64,000 nucleotides of DNA, taken from Planctomycetota bacterium (GTDB lineage: Bacteria > Planctomycetota > UBA8742 > UBA2392). The position numbers and the translations under genes were made by a program. The DNA lies in NCBI GenBank assembly GCA_016722065.1, contig JADKGX010000002.1:126264-190263 (forward strand), written 5' to 3'. Of this stretch, positions 49,440 through 58,795 are shown in pieces (position 1 is the first letter of the stretch; each line of letters begins with the position of its first letter). A model generated the notes under the pieces. That model saw only the letters and a list, made by a program, of their open reading frames with translations. It had not been told where the DNA came from and searched no databases.

Positions 49440-49507
49440 GAAGACGGGTATAGAAGCACAGGCACCCCCCAATGGCAACCACGCAAGACCGCGCAAGCGT
49501 TAGGGCT

Positions 49508-49563
49508 TGACATAGGTTGCGCCGGGCTTCGACAATCCGCCGCAATCTTTACGTGCACGTAAA
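49508..49563 (+). promoter_or_regulatory. Sigma70-like promoter (TTGACA-N18-GACAAT) followed by a perfect 16-bp palindrome TTTACGTGCACGTAAA (candidate operator)
   Basis: TTGACA at 49508-49513 and GACAAT at ~49531-49536. The palindrome lies at 49548-49563, ~30 bp upstream of the ATG at 49594. Confidence 0.4.
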
Positions 49564-49593
49564 CCCACCCGCATTGACGGTGATGAGCCTTGT

Positions 49594-50829
49594 ATGCCCA
49601 TGAATGAAATCATTCTGCGTCCCGGACAAACGGTTGCGGTGAAAGTGGAACTGGGTGGCCAGCAGCTTCGTCTTGACCTCAGCCTGACCAGCGACGGCGT
49701 GAAATTGCGCGGCCCCATGCAGCCCGTGGCCGCGCAGCAGGAACCAGTGGACCTTGGCGACGATGCCTTTGAGTCCATGGACCAGCCCGAGGTTTCGCAC
49801 GGTGTCGGCCATGAACCCGTCCAGGCCGTAGACGTCAGCTTTGAGGAACAACCCGACAGCGCCCCGGCCACCGTGCAGGAGGGCGACGACATTGACCTTG
49901 ACCTTGGCGACCTGGAAGGCGACCTGGCCGAGGAGTTTCAGGAAGGCACAGAGTCAGATGACGTGCAGCCAGAGGTTCACGTCGACGCCGAGGAAGCGAT
50001 TGCGTCGATTGATATTCCGGAAGACGCCGACGAACTGCCACCCGAAGACAGCCTGGATATGGGCGGCGACGACGGCTTCAACGCCGACGGCATGACCATG
50101 CTGCCGCCAACCCGCAAAACCCATCAAGAGGCGCCGCAACTCGACGCGATCAGCGCCACGTTGCAGCCCCTCAGTCTCAATGACCCGAGTACAGATGCCA
50201 TGAGCGAACACAACAAGCCGCAGATCAAACCAGAAAGCAAACCCAAGTTCGCACCGGCGCCGGACGACACCCTGCCGGTCTGGACGGGCAAGGCACGTGC
50301 CTACAAGGACCCGACGCTCGAACACAAAAAGCACACAGCGCAGATCAACAAGGCCGACTTGAAGCCCCCCACGGGTCAGGTTCGGCCGGGTGCCAAGCCG
50401 CCTTTGGGTGCCAAGCCGGCACCAGCCCCGGCACCGCTGCAAGACGACGGGTTGTCGCTTTCCCTGGATGACGAAGAACCAGCCGCGCCGCCTGCCAAGC
50501 CTGCGCTGGGTGCCAAGCCGCCGGTTGCGAAAAAGCCTACCGGGCCGGTTGGCAAGCCGGCACCAGCGGCCAAGCCCTCCGGTAAGGCGCCAGCAGCGGC
50601 AGCGGGCGACTTCACAGTGTTTCTTTCGCCGCCCAAGGGTGCCGACAAAAAGCAGCTTGCGGCAGAAATCATTGCCGAGATTCAGGGCATCAACGTCAAA
50701 GAGGCGCTGGTGCTTGCGGGCAAGATGATTGTTCCGGTGGTCAAGGGCGTCAGTGAAAATGAGGCGCACTCGGTACGCGACAAGTTCAAGGATGCCGGCT
50801 TGTCCTGCCGCATTACGCAGAAACGCTAG
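49594..50829 (+). CDS. Hypothetical acidic / Pro-Lys-rich protein with a C-terminal ribosomal L7/L12 CTD-like domain
   Basis: Acidic low-complexity N-half (DDIDLDLGDLEGDLAEEF...). AKP/PA-rich linker. The last ~70 aa (KKQLAAEIIAEIQGINVKEALVLAGKMIVPVVKGVSENEAHSVRDKFKDAGLS) resemble the L7/L12 C-terminal fold. Confidence 0.55.
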   Translation: MPMNEIILRPGQTVAVKVELGGQQLRLDLSLTSDGVKLRGPMQPVAAQQEPVDLGDDAFESMDQPEVSHGVGHEPVQAVDVSFEEQPDSAPATVQEGDDIDLDLGDLEGDLAEEFQEGTESDDVQPEVHVDAEEAIASIDIPEDADELPPEDSLDMGGDDGFNADGMTMLPPTRKTHQEAPQLDAISATLQPLSLNDPSTDAMSEHNKPQIKPESKPKFAPAPDDTLPVWTGKARAYKDPTLEHKKHTAQINKADLKPPTGQVRPGAKPPLGAKPAPAPAPLQDDGLSLSLDDEEPAAPPAKPALGAKPPVAKKPTGPVGKPAPAAKPSGKAPAAAAGDFTVFLSPPKGADKKQLAAEIIAEIQGINVKEALVLAGKMIVPVVKGVSENEAHSVRDKFKDAGLSCRITQKR

Positions 50830-50886
50830 CACAAGCCGGGTTTCAGTTCGGGTAGCAACAGGGGCAGCAACCTGAGGGAATGGTGC

Positions 50887-51150
50887 ATGAAGATCATCAA
50901 GAACGCCGACGGTTCGGCCTTGCTGCAAAGCAGCGCGGGAAACTTTGCGTTTTCCGACACCGAATTTGACGACCTGGTGCATGCCATTCCTATCAGCACC
51001 ACGCACCTGTACCGCCTGCTGATTGACACGTTGATTGTTGGCAACGACCGCCAGCAAGCCATGCGCAAGATCATTGAGGGTACAGGAAACCCTGACGCCC
51101 AGTTGACTGCCCTGCAGAATGAAGCGCTGAAGCACATGCCCAAGGACTAG
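50887..51150 (+). CDS. Small hypothetical protein (87 aa)
   Basis: SD GAGGGAA upstream. Protein-like composition. Between the L7/L12-like and FHA genes. Confidence 0.4.
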   Translation: MKIIKNADGSALLQSSAGNFAFSDTEFDDLVHAIPISTTHLYRLLIDTLIVGNDRQQAMRKIIEGTGNPDAQLTALQNEALKHMPKD

Positions 51151-51159
51151 ACCAGGCCC

Positions 51160-51957
51160 ATGGCCGCCATACTTCGATGGAACAGACTTGTCATCAACGC
51201 CGCCAATGAACAGGAGTTCATTGCCGCGGTGTTTGAGTATTTCCCGCAGTTGCTGCAGTTGCCCTACGATGAAGTCGAGATGGACATCACCGGTTCTTCG
51301 GATATCACCGAGGATGCTTTCCGCAGCATCGCGCTGAAGTTGATCGGCGGCGAATCCGGCGACAAGAAAATGGTGATCCGCATTCCGGAAAGCGTCGAAC
51401 GCTACTTCAAACATGCCAACCTGTTTCGTGTTGTGGACATTGATGTCGTGCGCGTCGTGCCGCGCAACGGCCAGAAGGCCGATCCGGGGCGCATCAAAGC
51501 CAACATCCATGCCGGCAAGTTCACGGCAAAGAAGGCCAAGGGGCCGCCAGCACCGGAACATACCGAACGCGCGCCACAGCCCGAACCGCCCGAACTTGCA
51601 CCCTCAGCGCCACCCAAACGCCCCACCGGCAAAGTGCCGCACACGGGCCCTGGCTGGCTTGTGGATGTCGAGACCGGCCAGCGCTTTCTGGTCAATGAGC
51701 GCGTGGTGATCGGCCGCGAGGCCCCGGCAGACGTCGTGTTTCAGGTGCCAACGATTTCGAAACGGCACTTCGTGATCCGGCGCGGCGAGAACGGTTTTCT
51801 GGTTGAAGATATGCGTTCGACCAACGGCACCTACCTGAACGGTCTGCCGGTTCACGAACCGATGCCCCTGCGCGACGGCGATGAGCTGGTGGTTGCGATC
51901 ACGTTGAAGCACCCCAAGGGTGCGCGCATCTTCCAGTTTACCACCAAGCCCGCATAG
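51160..51957 (+). CDS. FHA domain-containing protein
   Basis: C-terminal FHA core (VVIGREAPADVVF...SKRHFVIRRGENGFLVEDMRSTNGTYLNG). Unknown N-terminal domain. Confidence 0.7.
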   Translation: MAAILRWNRLVINAANEQEFIAAVFEYFPQLLQLPYDEVEMDITGSSDITEDAFRSIALKLIGGESGDKKMVIRIPESVERYFKHANLFRVVDIDVVRVVPRNGQKADPGRIKANIHAGKFTAKKAKGPPAPEHTERAPQPEPPELAPSAPPKRPTGKVPHTGPGWLVDVETGQRFLVNERVVIGREAPADVVFQVPTISKRHFVIRRGENGFLVEDMRSTNGTYLNGLPVHEPMPLRDGDELVVAITLKHPKGARIFQFTTKPA

Positions 51958-52026
51958 CAGTTGCGCCCGGCGGCGCTACACTCATCTATAGAAGGACTTG
52001 AACCGGGCGCCCTGCGCCAACGTTCA

Positions 52027-53922
52027 ATGTGTGCTGTTGCAACGGACGCCGCCTTGCCCAGAATTACCTACAACCCCGTCGATCGTCGCCCCGCGCCCCC
52101 GGCGTCAATCATTGTCATTCGACTTTTCGGCCTGGTCGTGATGGCGTTCAGCCTGCTGGGCGTGGCGTACCTGCTGATGTCGTTTTCCGGCGGCAGCAAG
52201 AAACCAGACTGGAACTGGGACCCGGCCTCTGTTCGTACCAACTTTGAACCGATCTACACACCCGAGCAACTGGAACGCATCCAGCGCGAAAACATGGGCC
52301 GGGCATTTTCCCTAAACAACGTGCCCCAGGACCCCATCGTCAAACCGCCGGTAAACGCGCCGTCCAATGCGCCCGGCCTGCCGGTGCCCTTTGGCGGCAA
52401 CGAGCCAAGGCCGATTCCCGTCGAGCCGGGGGGAGTCGACCAGCGTGAATTGTGGGCCCAGCGCGATGAAAGGCACCTCGAACTTGCCCGACAGCTTAAA
52501 GACGGCCACGCCTTCAACCTGATTGACGAAGTCGCGAACATTCTCGACTTTCAACCCTTCACGGATTCAGACCGCACACGCCTGATGGCAGAGTTCGCGG
52601 CCAACCGTGGCCGTCAGGCCGATCCCTATGAGCGCCTGGCACTGAAGGTTCTTCGCGCCATGCCAAAGCCGGGCAGCACGGCCTGGGCCGATTACGAAAC
52701 CAAGATCAATCGCGATGTGTTCTTGTATGCGCCGGGCATGCCGGCGATTGACGTTTACCGGGGGCGTGTGTTTGGCGTGCAGGGGCGCCTGTTTGACCTG
52801 TATGAAGTGCGGCCCGATGCGCCCATTATTCTGGCCGATGGCAGCAAGGTTGAGAGCTATTTCGAGGGCGTTGTGGCTCTGCTGGGCAAGGGCGTGGGTC
52901 GCGACGAACACGCTGTGGAACAACGCCTTGTGATGTTTCAGACCTTGAGCCTGGGCGACGACCTCAAGCCCCTGCTGAATGCCCAGGGCAATGTCTCACA
53001 GGCGGACAGGCTGGTCAGTGAGGCCGTGATGGTCAAGTTGTCAGGTGCGTACCTGCGCCTGTGGATCTACAGCCGCGAGGTTGCACCCTTCAGCAGTGCC
53101 GCCAAACCCGCGCTGTGCCAGGCCCATCTGCCGCTGCTGCTGACCACCGACGTCGCGCGCGCGGACGGCAAACCCTATGAACTGACCGACGATTTGCTGC
53201 AGCAGGTGCGCGACGCCATGCGCGAGGACCCGATTTTTGTCGAGAGCGAAGCCGCCTATTACGCCATGTTGGCCAAAGCCAACGACCCGCAGGATGAAGT
53301 GACACCCGTCGATAGCATTGGCTACTTTGACCTGGCCGGCGGGCAGGGTGAAACCGGCCCGCGTTATCGTGGCCAGGGAATCCGCATTGTGGGCATGATT
53401 GGCGATGATTTTGCGCCGGTGATTCTGCCACCCAACATCAGCGGCATGCGGCGCGTGTTTCGGGCGCTGGTGCTGGGCGATACCGGCGACGTGAACAGCC
53501 CCAAGAAGTATCTGGTGGATATGCTGGAGCCCCCCACCGGCCTGGAACCCCGTGCCCTGGTGGGCTTCAACGCGCGCTATTACCGCAACGTGTTTGAAAC
53601 CAAGAGCACCAGCAGCGATGTTCGCCCCCTGTTGATCGTGCGGCGCATCAGTGGCCTGCGCGAGGGTAAAGACGAAACCGATTGGGTTTTCGTGCTGGTC
53701 GGCGTTGCTGCCTTCATTGGCCTGTTTGTGGCACTGCTTTGGTTTGTGCTTTCGGACCGCCGCGAACGCAAAGCCTTTGAAGCAACCACGATGGATGTCG
53801 CCCGCAAGCGCCTGGAGAAACGCGGGGGCCTCAAGCTAAAGCCCCTGCCTGGCGAAAAGCCAGCCGCAACAGGTGACGACGCACCGCCCGAAAAACCGCC
53901 CGAACCACCCCCGGCGGGTTGA
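52027..53922 (+). CDS. Hypothetical membrane protein (N- and C-terminal TM helices, large central domain, Pro-rich tail)
   Basis: The ORF begins at TTG 51961. The first ATG (52027) gives MCAVATDAALPRITYNPVDRRPAPPASIIVIRLFGLVVMAF. TM1 IIVIRLFGLVVMAFSLLGVAYLL. TM2 WVFVLVGVAAFIGLFVALLWFVL. The start is 4 bp after the FHA gene stop. Confidence 0.55.
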   Translation: MCAVATDAALPRITYNPVDRRPAPPASIIVIRLFGLVVMAFSLLGVAYLLMSFSGGSKKPDWNWDPASVRTNFEPIYTPEQLERIQRENMGRAFSLNNVPQDPIVKPPVNAPSNAPGLPVPFGGNEPRPIPVEPGGVDQRELWAQRDERHLELARQLKDGHAFNLIDEVANILDFQPFTDSDRTRLMAEFAANRGRQADPYERLALKVLRAMPKPGSTAWADYETKINRDVFLYAPGMPAIDVYRGRVFGVQGRLFDLYEVRPDAPIILADGSKVESYFEGVVALLGKGVGRDEHAVEQRLVMFQTLSLGDDLKPLLNAQGNVSQADRLVSEAVMVKLSGAYLRLWIYSREVAPFSSAAKPALCQAHLPLLLTTDVARADGKPYELTDDLLQQVRDAMREDPIFVESEAAYYAMLAKANDPQDEVTPVDSIGYFDLAGGQGETGPRYRGQGIRIVGMIGDDFAPVILPPNISGMRRVFRALVLGDTGDVNSPKKYLVDMLEPPTGLEPRALVGFNARYYRNVFETKSTSSDVRPLLIVRRISGLREGKDETDWVFVLVGVAAFIGLFVALLWFVLSDRRERKAFEATTMDVARKRLEKRGGLKLKPLPGEKPAATGDDAPPEKPPEPPPAG

Positions 53923-53964
53923 GCGTCGTCCCATTTCTCGGGCGCGCTGCTATCCTTTCGCGCC

Positions 53965-55059
53965 ATGCACCCTGCCCGTGTCAGCGTGAATCTTGGTACT
54001 CGCAGCTATGACGTGGTCATTGGCCACGGCATTCTGGCGCAATTGCGCGCGGCGCTTGAGGCCTTGCGCCCCACCACCATCTTCATGGTCACTGACAGCA
54101 ACGTTGGTGCGCTTCATAGCGCTGCCGTTCGTGCCGTGGTACAGGGCATTGCACCGATGCAAGAGCACGCCGTACCAGCCGGAGAAGCCAGCAAGTGCCT
54201 TTCGCAGTTGGGCGCGCTTTACGACGCCGCTTTGGGCGCCCGAAAACTGGACCGCCGCGCCGTCGTGCTGGCCCTTGGTGGCGGTGTGGTTGGCGACCTT
54301 GCCGGTTTTGCGGCTGCGACGCTATTGCGTGGTTTGCCAAGTATCCAGCTACCCACCTCGTTGCTGGCCATGGTTGATTCCAGCGTGGGCGGCAAGGCCG
54401 CGATCAACCACACCACCGGCAAGAACCTGATCGGCGCCTTTCAGCAGCCAGTGGCTGTGATCTGTGAACTGGCCTTTCTGGAAACCCTGCCCCAGCGCGA
54501 GTACACATCGGCCCTTGCGGAAGTCGTCAAGACCGCTGCGCTGGCCGGCGACGAACTGATGGGTTGGCTGGAGTCACGCACCCAGGCAATCCTGATCCGC
54601 GACCACGGCGCCCTGGCGCAACTGCTGCAAACCTGCGTAGCCTTCAAGGCCCGTGTGGTGGAACAAGACGAGACCGAAACCACGGGCCGACGCGCCATAT
54701 TGAACTTGGGACATTCCCTGGCACATGTGCTGGAAACAGCCTGGCCGGGCCGGTACCTGCACGGAGAAGCCGTCAGCATCGGGCTTGCGGCGGCACTGCG
54801 TTTGAGTACGCAGCGCGCCAATTTGAAGCAGGCAACGGCGCAGCGTGTGGCGGCCTTGCTGCAGGCTTTGGGCTTGCCCATAGATGCGCCCGCCGATTTG
54901 CCCCCAGACCGCTTGCTGCAACTTCTGGCCAGCGACAAGAAACGCGATGGCGCCAATGTGAACTTTGTGGTGCTGGGCTCGCTCGGAAACCCGCAACTCC
55001 TGCCCTGCACGCTGGATGACTCCTTGGCCGAAACCTTGTTGGGAATCGGCCATGGATGA
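53965..55059 (+). CDS. aroB: 3-dehydroquinate synthase
   Basis: DHQS glycine-rich NAD motif (LALGGGVVGDLAGFAAA). Metal-binding His residues. Confidence 0.9.
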   Translation: MHPARVSVNLGTRSYDVVIGHGILAQLRAALEALRPTTIFMVTDSNVGALHSAAVRAVVQGIAPMQEHAVPAGEASKCLSQLGALYDAALGARKLDRRAVVLALGGGVVGDLAGFAAATLLRGLPSIQLPTSLLAMVDSSVGGKAAINHTTGKNLIGAFQQPVAVICELAFLETLPQREYTSALAEVVKTAALAGDELMGWLESRTQAILIRDHGALAQLLQTCVAFKARVVEQDETETTGRRAILNLGHSLAHVLETAWPGRYLHGEAVSIGLAAALRLSTQRANLKQATAQRVAALLQALGLPIDAPADLPPDRLLQLLASDKKRDGANVNFVVLGSLGNPQLLPCTLDDSLAETLLGIGHG

Positions 55060-56152
55060 ACTGGCGGCACGTGTTGCGCTGGTAGTGGCCCGCAAGTTCA
55101 CACCGGCGGCACTGGCTTCGCTGTACCAGAAGTTTGGCAGCGCCGCAGCCATTGTGGGCGCCAACGCCAGCGCAATAGCCGCCGTGCCCGGCGTGAACCG
55201 CGAGGCTCCGCAGGCACTGGCCGAAGTTGTGCAGGCCGGCGAGCACACCAAGGAACTCGAAAAGGCCAGCAAGCACGGCATCACGTTTGTGCAGTGGGAG
55301 GACGCCAACTATCCGCCCGCCCTGCAACGCCTGGCCGACGCACCGCGCCTGCTTTATGTGCGCGGCGCGCTGGTGCGCGAAGACACCCTGGCGCTGGCCA
55401 TTGTGGGCAGCCGCAACGCCAGCATCTACGGAACCAGCCAAGCCGCGCGTTTTGCGCGCGATTTTGGCACCCGGCGCGTCACCGTGGTCAGCGGCCTTGC
55501 GCGCGGCATTGATACCGCCGCCCACCGGGCAGCGCTGGAAGCGGGTGGTCGCACGATTGCCGTAGTGGGCAGCGGCCTGCTGGATATCTACCCGCCCGAA
55601 AACGCCCGCTTTGTCGACGAGATTGCAGCCAGCGGCGCAGCCATCAGCGAGTTTCCGCTGTACACGCCCGGCGTGGCGCGCAATTTTCCGCAGCGCAACC
55701 GCATCATCTGCGGCATGTCGCTGGGCGTGGTGGTGATTGAGGCCGGCTTGAAGTCGGGCTCGCTGATCACGGCACGTCTGGCCGCCGAACAAGGACGCGA
55801 GGTGTTTGCCCTGCCCGGCAAAGTGGACCACGAGCTATCCAAAGGCGCACACAAGTTGATCAAGGAAGGCGCCGCCCTGGTGGAGGGGCCAGAGGACGTC
55901 TACGCCGGGCTGCCGCTGCTGCAACTGCCCCAGGAAGACACGCCCGAAAGGCCCGCCAGCCGCACACCAGCCGGGCTGTCGCCGACAGAGGCACAACTTT
56001 GGCCGCAGCTTTTGCCCAGTGACCCGCTTACCGTTGATGACTTGATCGAGAAAACAGGCCTTGCACCGGCCCAGGTAACTGCCGGCATGTTGACGCTGGA
56101 GATGAAGCGCCTGGCCAAAGGCCTTGCCGGGCAAACGCTACGTTCGGCTTGA
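55052..56152 (+). CDS. dprA: DNA-processing protein DprA
   Basis: DprA Rossmann core ([10 protein letters not shown]...[33 protein letters not shown]). Start ATG overlaps the aroB stop (ATGGATGA). Confidence 0.85.
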   Translation: [366 protein letters not shown]

Positions 56153-56258
56153 CCTGTAGGGCGGCAATCATGCTGATCGGCGGGTGTTTCCGGTTCAGCG
56201 CAACCCGTCAACGTCGCCCCTACAGATGCCGCCGGTTTTGCCTATAGTGTCGCCCCTT

Positions 56259-58112
56259 ATGGCCCGAGAGCCTTTCCTTGATGCCCTGAAACACCGTGTG
56301 CTGGTAGGCGATGGCGCCTACGGTACCCTGTTTGCCCGCCGCGGCTTGCTGGCCGCCGGGCACATTGGCCCTGTGTTGAACCTGCTCAAGCCTGGCTTTG
56401 TTCAAGCCGCCCATGCCGAATACATTGCCGCGGGCACAGAAGTTGTCGAAACAAACACTTTTGGTGCAGATCGCCTGACTTTGGCTGCGGCGGACATCAC
56501 GGCCACGCCCACTGAAATCTGCCGCGCCGGGGCCAGGCTTGCACGCGAGGCCGCAGGCGACAACCTTTGGGTGCTGGGCACGATCGCCCCGATTTCGCGC
56601 GCCGCAGGCAAACTTTCCGAACAAGAACGCGCCGAGACCATCATTGAACAAGCCCAGGGGTTGGTCGAAGGCGGCGTAGACGCCTTGCTGCTGGAAACGT
56701 ATTCAGACCTGGATGACCTGCTGCTGGCGGTGCAGGCCCTGACCAGCCGTTACCCCCATATGCCCGTAGTTGCCCAGATGGCGTTTACCCTGGCCGGCAC
56801 CACGACCACCGGCATCTCGCCTGAAAAGATGGTCGCGTCGCTGGAAAAGACTGCCGTGGCCGTGATTGGCGCAAATTGCGGCGGCGGCGAAACGGCGGCC
56901 ATTGAAGTGCTGAAGCGCCTTGTCGTGTTGACGACCAAGCCGATCAGCATTTACCCCAATCGCGGCCTGGCAGATTTTGATGACCTTGGGCGCCCCGTTT
57001 ACATTGAAAGCGGCGACTACTTCGCGCGCAGCGCACGCCGGCTGGCCGACCTTGGCGCCAACCTGATTGGCGGTTGCTGCGGCACCACCCCTGACGACAT
57101 ACGTCGCCTGAAGGGACTGGCGGGCGGGCGCAGACCTTCCATGCGCCACGGGCTTGTGCGTGCGGAACCCAAGGCCGCGCCCGCTGCCGGCGGAGCCCCG
57201 ACTTTTCCGCTGCAACGCACGATGGAGCAGGATTTGCGCCAGGGGCGCGTGGTGATTGCCGAAGTCGACCCGCCACGCGGCGTGGATGCAACCCACGAAG
57301 TCGCGGGCTCGCGCACGCTGGTAGAGGCCGGTGTCGACGCGATCACGATTGCGGACAACCCGCTGTCCGTGATGCGCATGAGCAACCTGGCGCTGGCCAG
57401 CATTCTGACGCGCGAACTGAACGTGCGCATTGTGCTGCACGTGGCTTGCCGCGACCGCAGCCTGATCGGCACCCAAAGCCACCTGCTGGGCGCCTACGCC
57501 ATGGGCATTACCAACATTCTTGCCGTTACGGGCGATCCGGTTGCCACCCAGGCCTACAAGGGCAGCAGCGGCGTATTCGACATGGCCAGCCACAAGCTGA
57601 TTGAAATGATCAGCAGCTTCAATAAAGGCGAGTTCACAGCCGGCCGGGGCGAGAACTTTCGCACCGCGTTCTTTGTTGGTGGCGCCTTCAACTGTGCTTC
57701 ACTGAAGCTGGAAAACGAAGTCAAACGCTTTGAGCGCAAAATGATTGCCGGCGCGCGCTTCATCATGACCCAGCCGGTGTTTGACCTGGATACTGCAAAG
57801 CGCGTCAGCGACGCCTGCGCCAGCCTGAACCTGCCGCTGATTCTGGGCGTGATGCCGCTGGTCAGTGAACGCAACGCGGAGTTCCTGCACCACGAAGTGC
57901 CCGGCATCGACGTACCTGAGAGTGTGCGCGCCCGCATGGCCGGCAAGTCCGGCAAGGCCGGGCGTGAAGAAGGCCTGGCCATCGCGCGCGAGATGATGCA
58001 GCAGATTGCCCCGCACGTGCAGGGCTACTATCTGATTACGCCCATGGGTCGCTACGAAATGATTGCCGACCTTACGCGTTTTGCGAAATCCCTGGCACCC
58101 GCCCGCGCATGA
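56259..58112 (+). CDS. Bifunctional homocysteine S-methyltransferase / 5,10-methylenetetrahydrofolate reductase (YitJ-like)
   Basis: N-terminal Hcy-binding (S-methyl_trans) domain, including the GGCCGTTP zinc motif. C-terminal MTHFR TIM barrel. Start could alternatively be the ATG at 56226. Confidence 0.85.
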   Translation: MAREPFLDALKHRVLVGDGAYGTLFARRGLLAAGHIGPVLNLLKPGFVQAAHAEYIAAGTEVVETNTFGADRLTLAAADITATPTEICRAGARLAREAAGDNLWVLGTIAPISRAAGKLSEQERAETIIEQAQGLVEGGVDALLLETYSDLDDLLLAVQALTSRYPHMPVVAQMAFTLAGTTTTGISPEKMVASLEKTAVAVIGANCGGGETAAIEVLKRLVVLTTKPISIYPNRGLADFDDLGRPVYIESGDYFARSARRLADLGANLIGGCCGTTPDDIRRLKGLAGGRRPSMRHGLVRAEPKAAPAAGGAPTFPLQRTMEQDLRQGRVVIAEVDPPRGVDATHEVAGSRTLVEAGVDAITIADNPLSVMRMSNLALASILTRELNVRIVLHVACRDRSLIGTQSHLLGAYAMGITNILAVTGDPVATQAYKGSSGVFDMASHKLIEMISSFNKGEFTAGRGENFRTAFFVGGAFNCASLKLENEVKRFERKMIAGARFIMTQPVFDLDTAKRVSDACASLNLPLILGVMPLVSERNAEFLHHEVPGIDVPESVRARMAGKSGKAGREEGLAIAREMMQQIAPHVQGYYLITPMGRYEMIADLTRFAKSLAPARA

Positions 58113-58795
58113 ACGACTGGCTGATTGGGCTTGTAGTGCTGTCGGTCAGCTATCTGGTCGGCAGCATCCCCTTTGGCCTGATTGCAGGCAAGTTGATTGC
58201 CGGTGTGGACATTCGCACCGTGGGCAGCGGCAACATTGGCGCCACCAACGCCGCGCGCGTGATTGGCTGGAAGTGGTTCCCGCTGGTGCTGGTCCTGGAT
58301 GCTCTCAAGGGCTTTGGCCCCACTGCACTGGCGGGGCTGCTGAACGACGCGGGCATTCTGGGTTATTCAGCGATTCTGGATTACGTGATCATTGCGGCCG
58401 TGGGCGCGATGCTGGGCCATTCTTTCAGTGCTTACATCAAGTTCCATGGCGGCAAAGGCGTGGCCACGGGCCTTGGTGTGATGCTGGCCATTACGGGCAT
58501 TCCGGCCACCGTGGTGCCTGTGCCCACGCTTTGTGCCATGGGCGTGTTCGTGCTGGTGCTGGCGCTGTTTCGGCTGATCAGTGCATCGAGTGTGCTTGCC
58601 ACCGCCAGTATCCCGCTGTTTTACTGGCTGTTTACAGCGCCCGTTACGCTGGACAATCCGTGGCGATCGCGGCTGATTTTCATTTCGTTGGCCTGCGCCT
58701 TTGTGGTCTGGAAACACCGAGGCAACATGCAACGCATTCTCAAGGGCACCGAACCGCGGGTTGGGCAAAGGGCCACGGAGCCGGGCAATGGCTGA
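58109..58795 (+). CDS. plsY: Glycerol-3-phosphate acyltransferase PlsY
   Basis: PlsY motifs (GSGNIGATN, FKGGKGVAT). Multi-TM. Confidence 0.9.
   Translation: MNDWLIGLVVLSVSYLVGSIPFGLIAGKLIAGVDIRTVGSGNIGATNAARVIGWKWFPLVLVLDALKGFGPTALAGLLNDAGILGYSAILDYVIIAAVGAMLGHSFSAYIKFHGGKGVATGLGVMLAITGIPATVVPVPTLCAMGVFVLVLALFRLISASSVLATASIPLFYWLFTAPVTLDNPWRSRLIFISLACAFVVWKHRGNMQRILKGTEPRVGQRATEPGNG

Noticed and set aside
49954-51561. 535-aa minus-strand ORF across the 49594-53922 cluster
   Set aside because: It overlaps three co-oriented plus-strand ORFs that have coherent domain content (FHA, L7/L12-like). Arg/Gly/Leu-rich junk translation.
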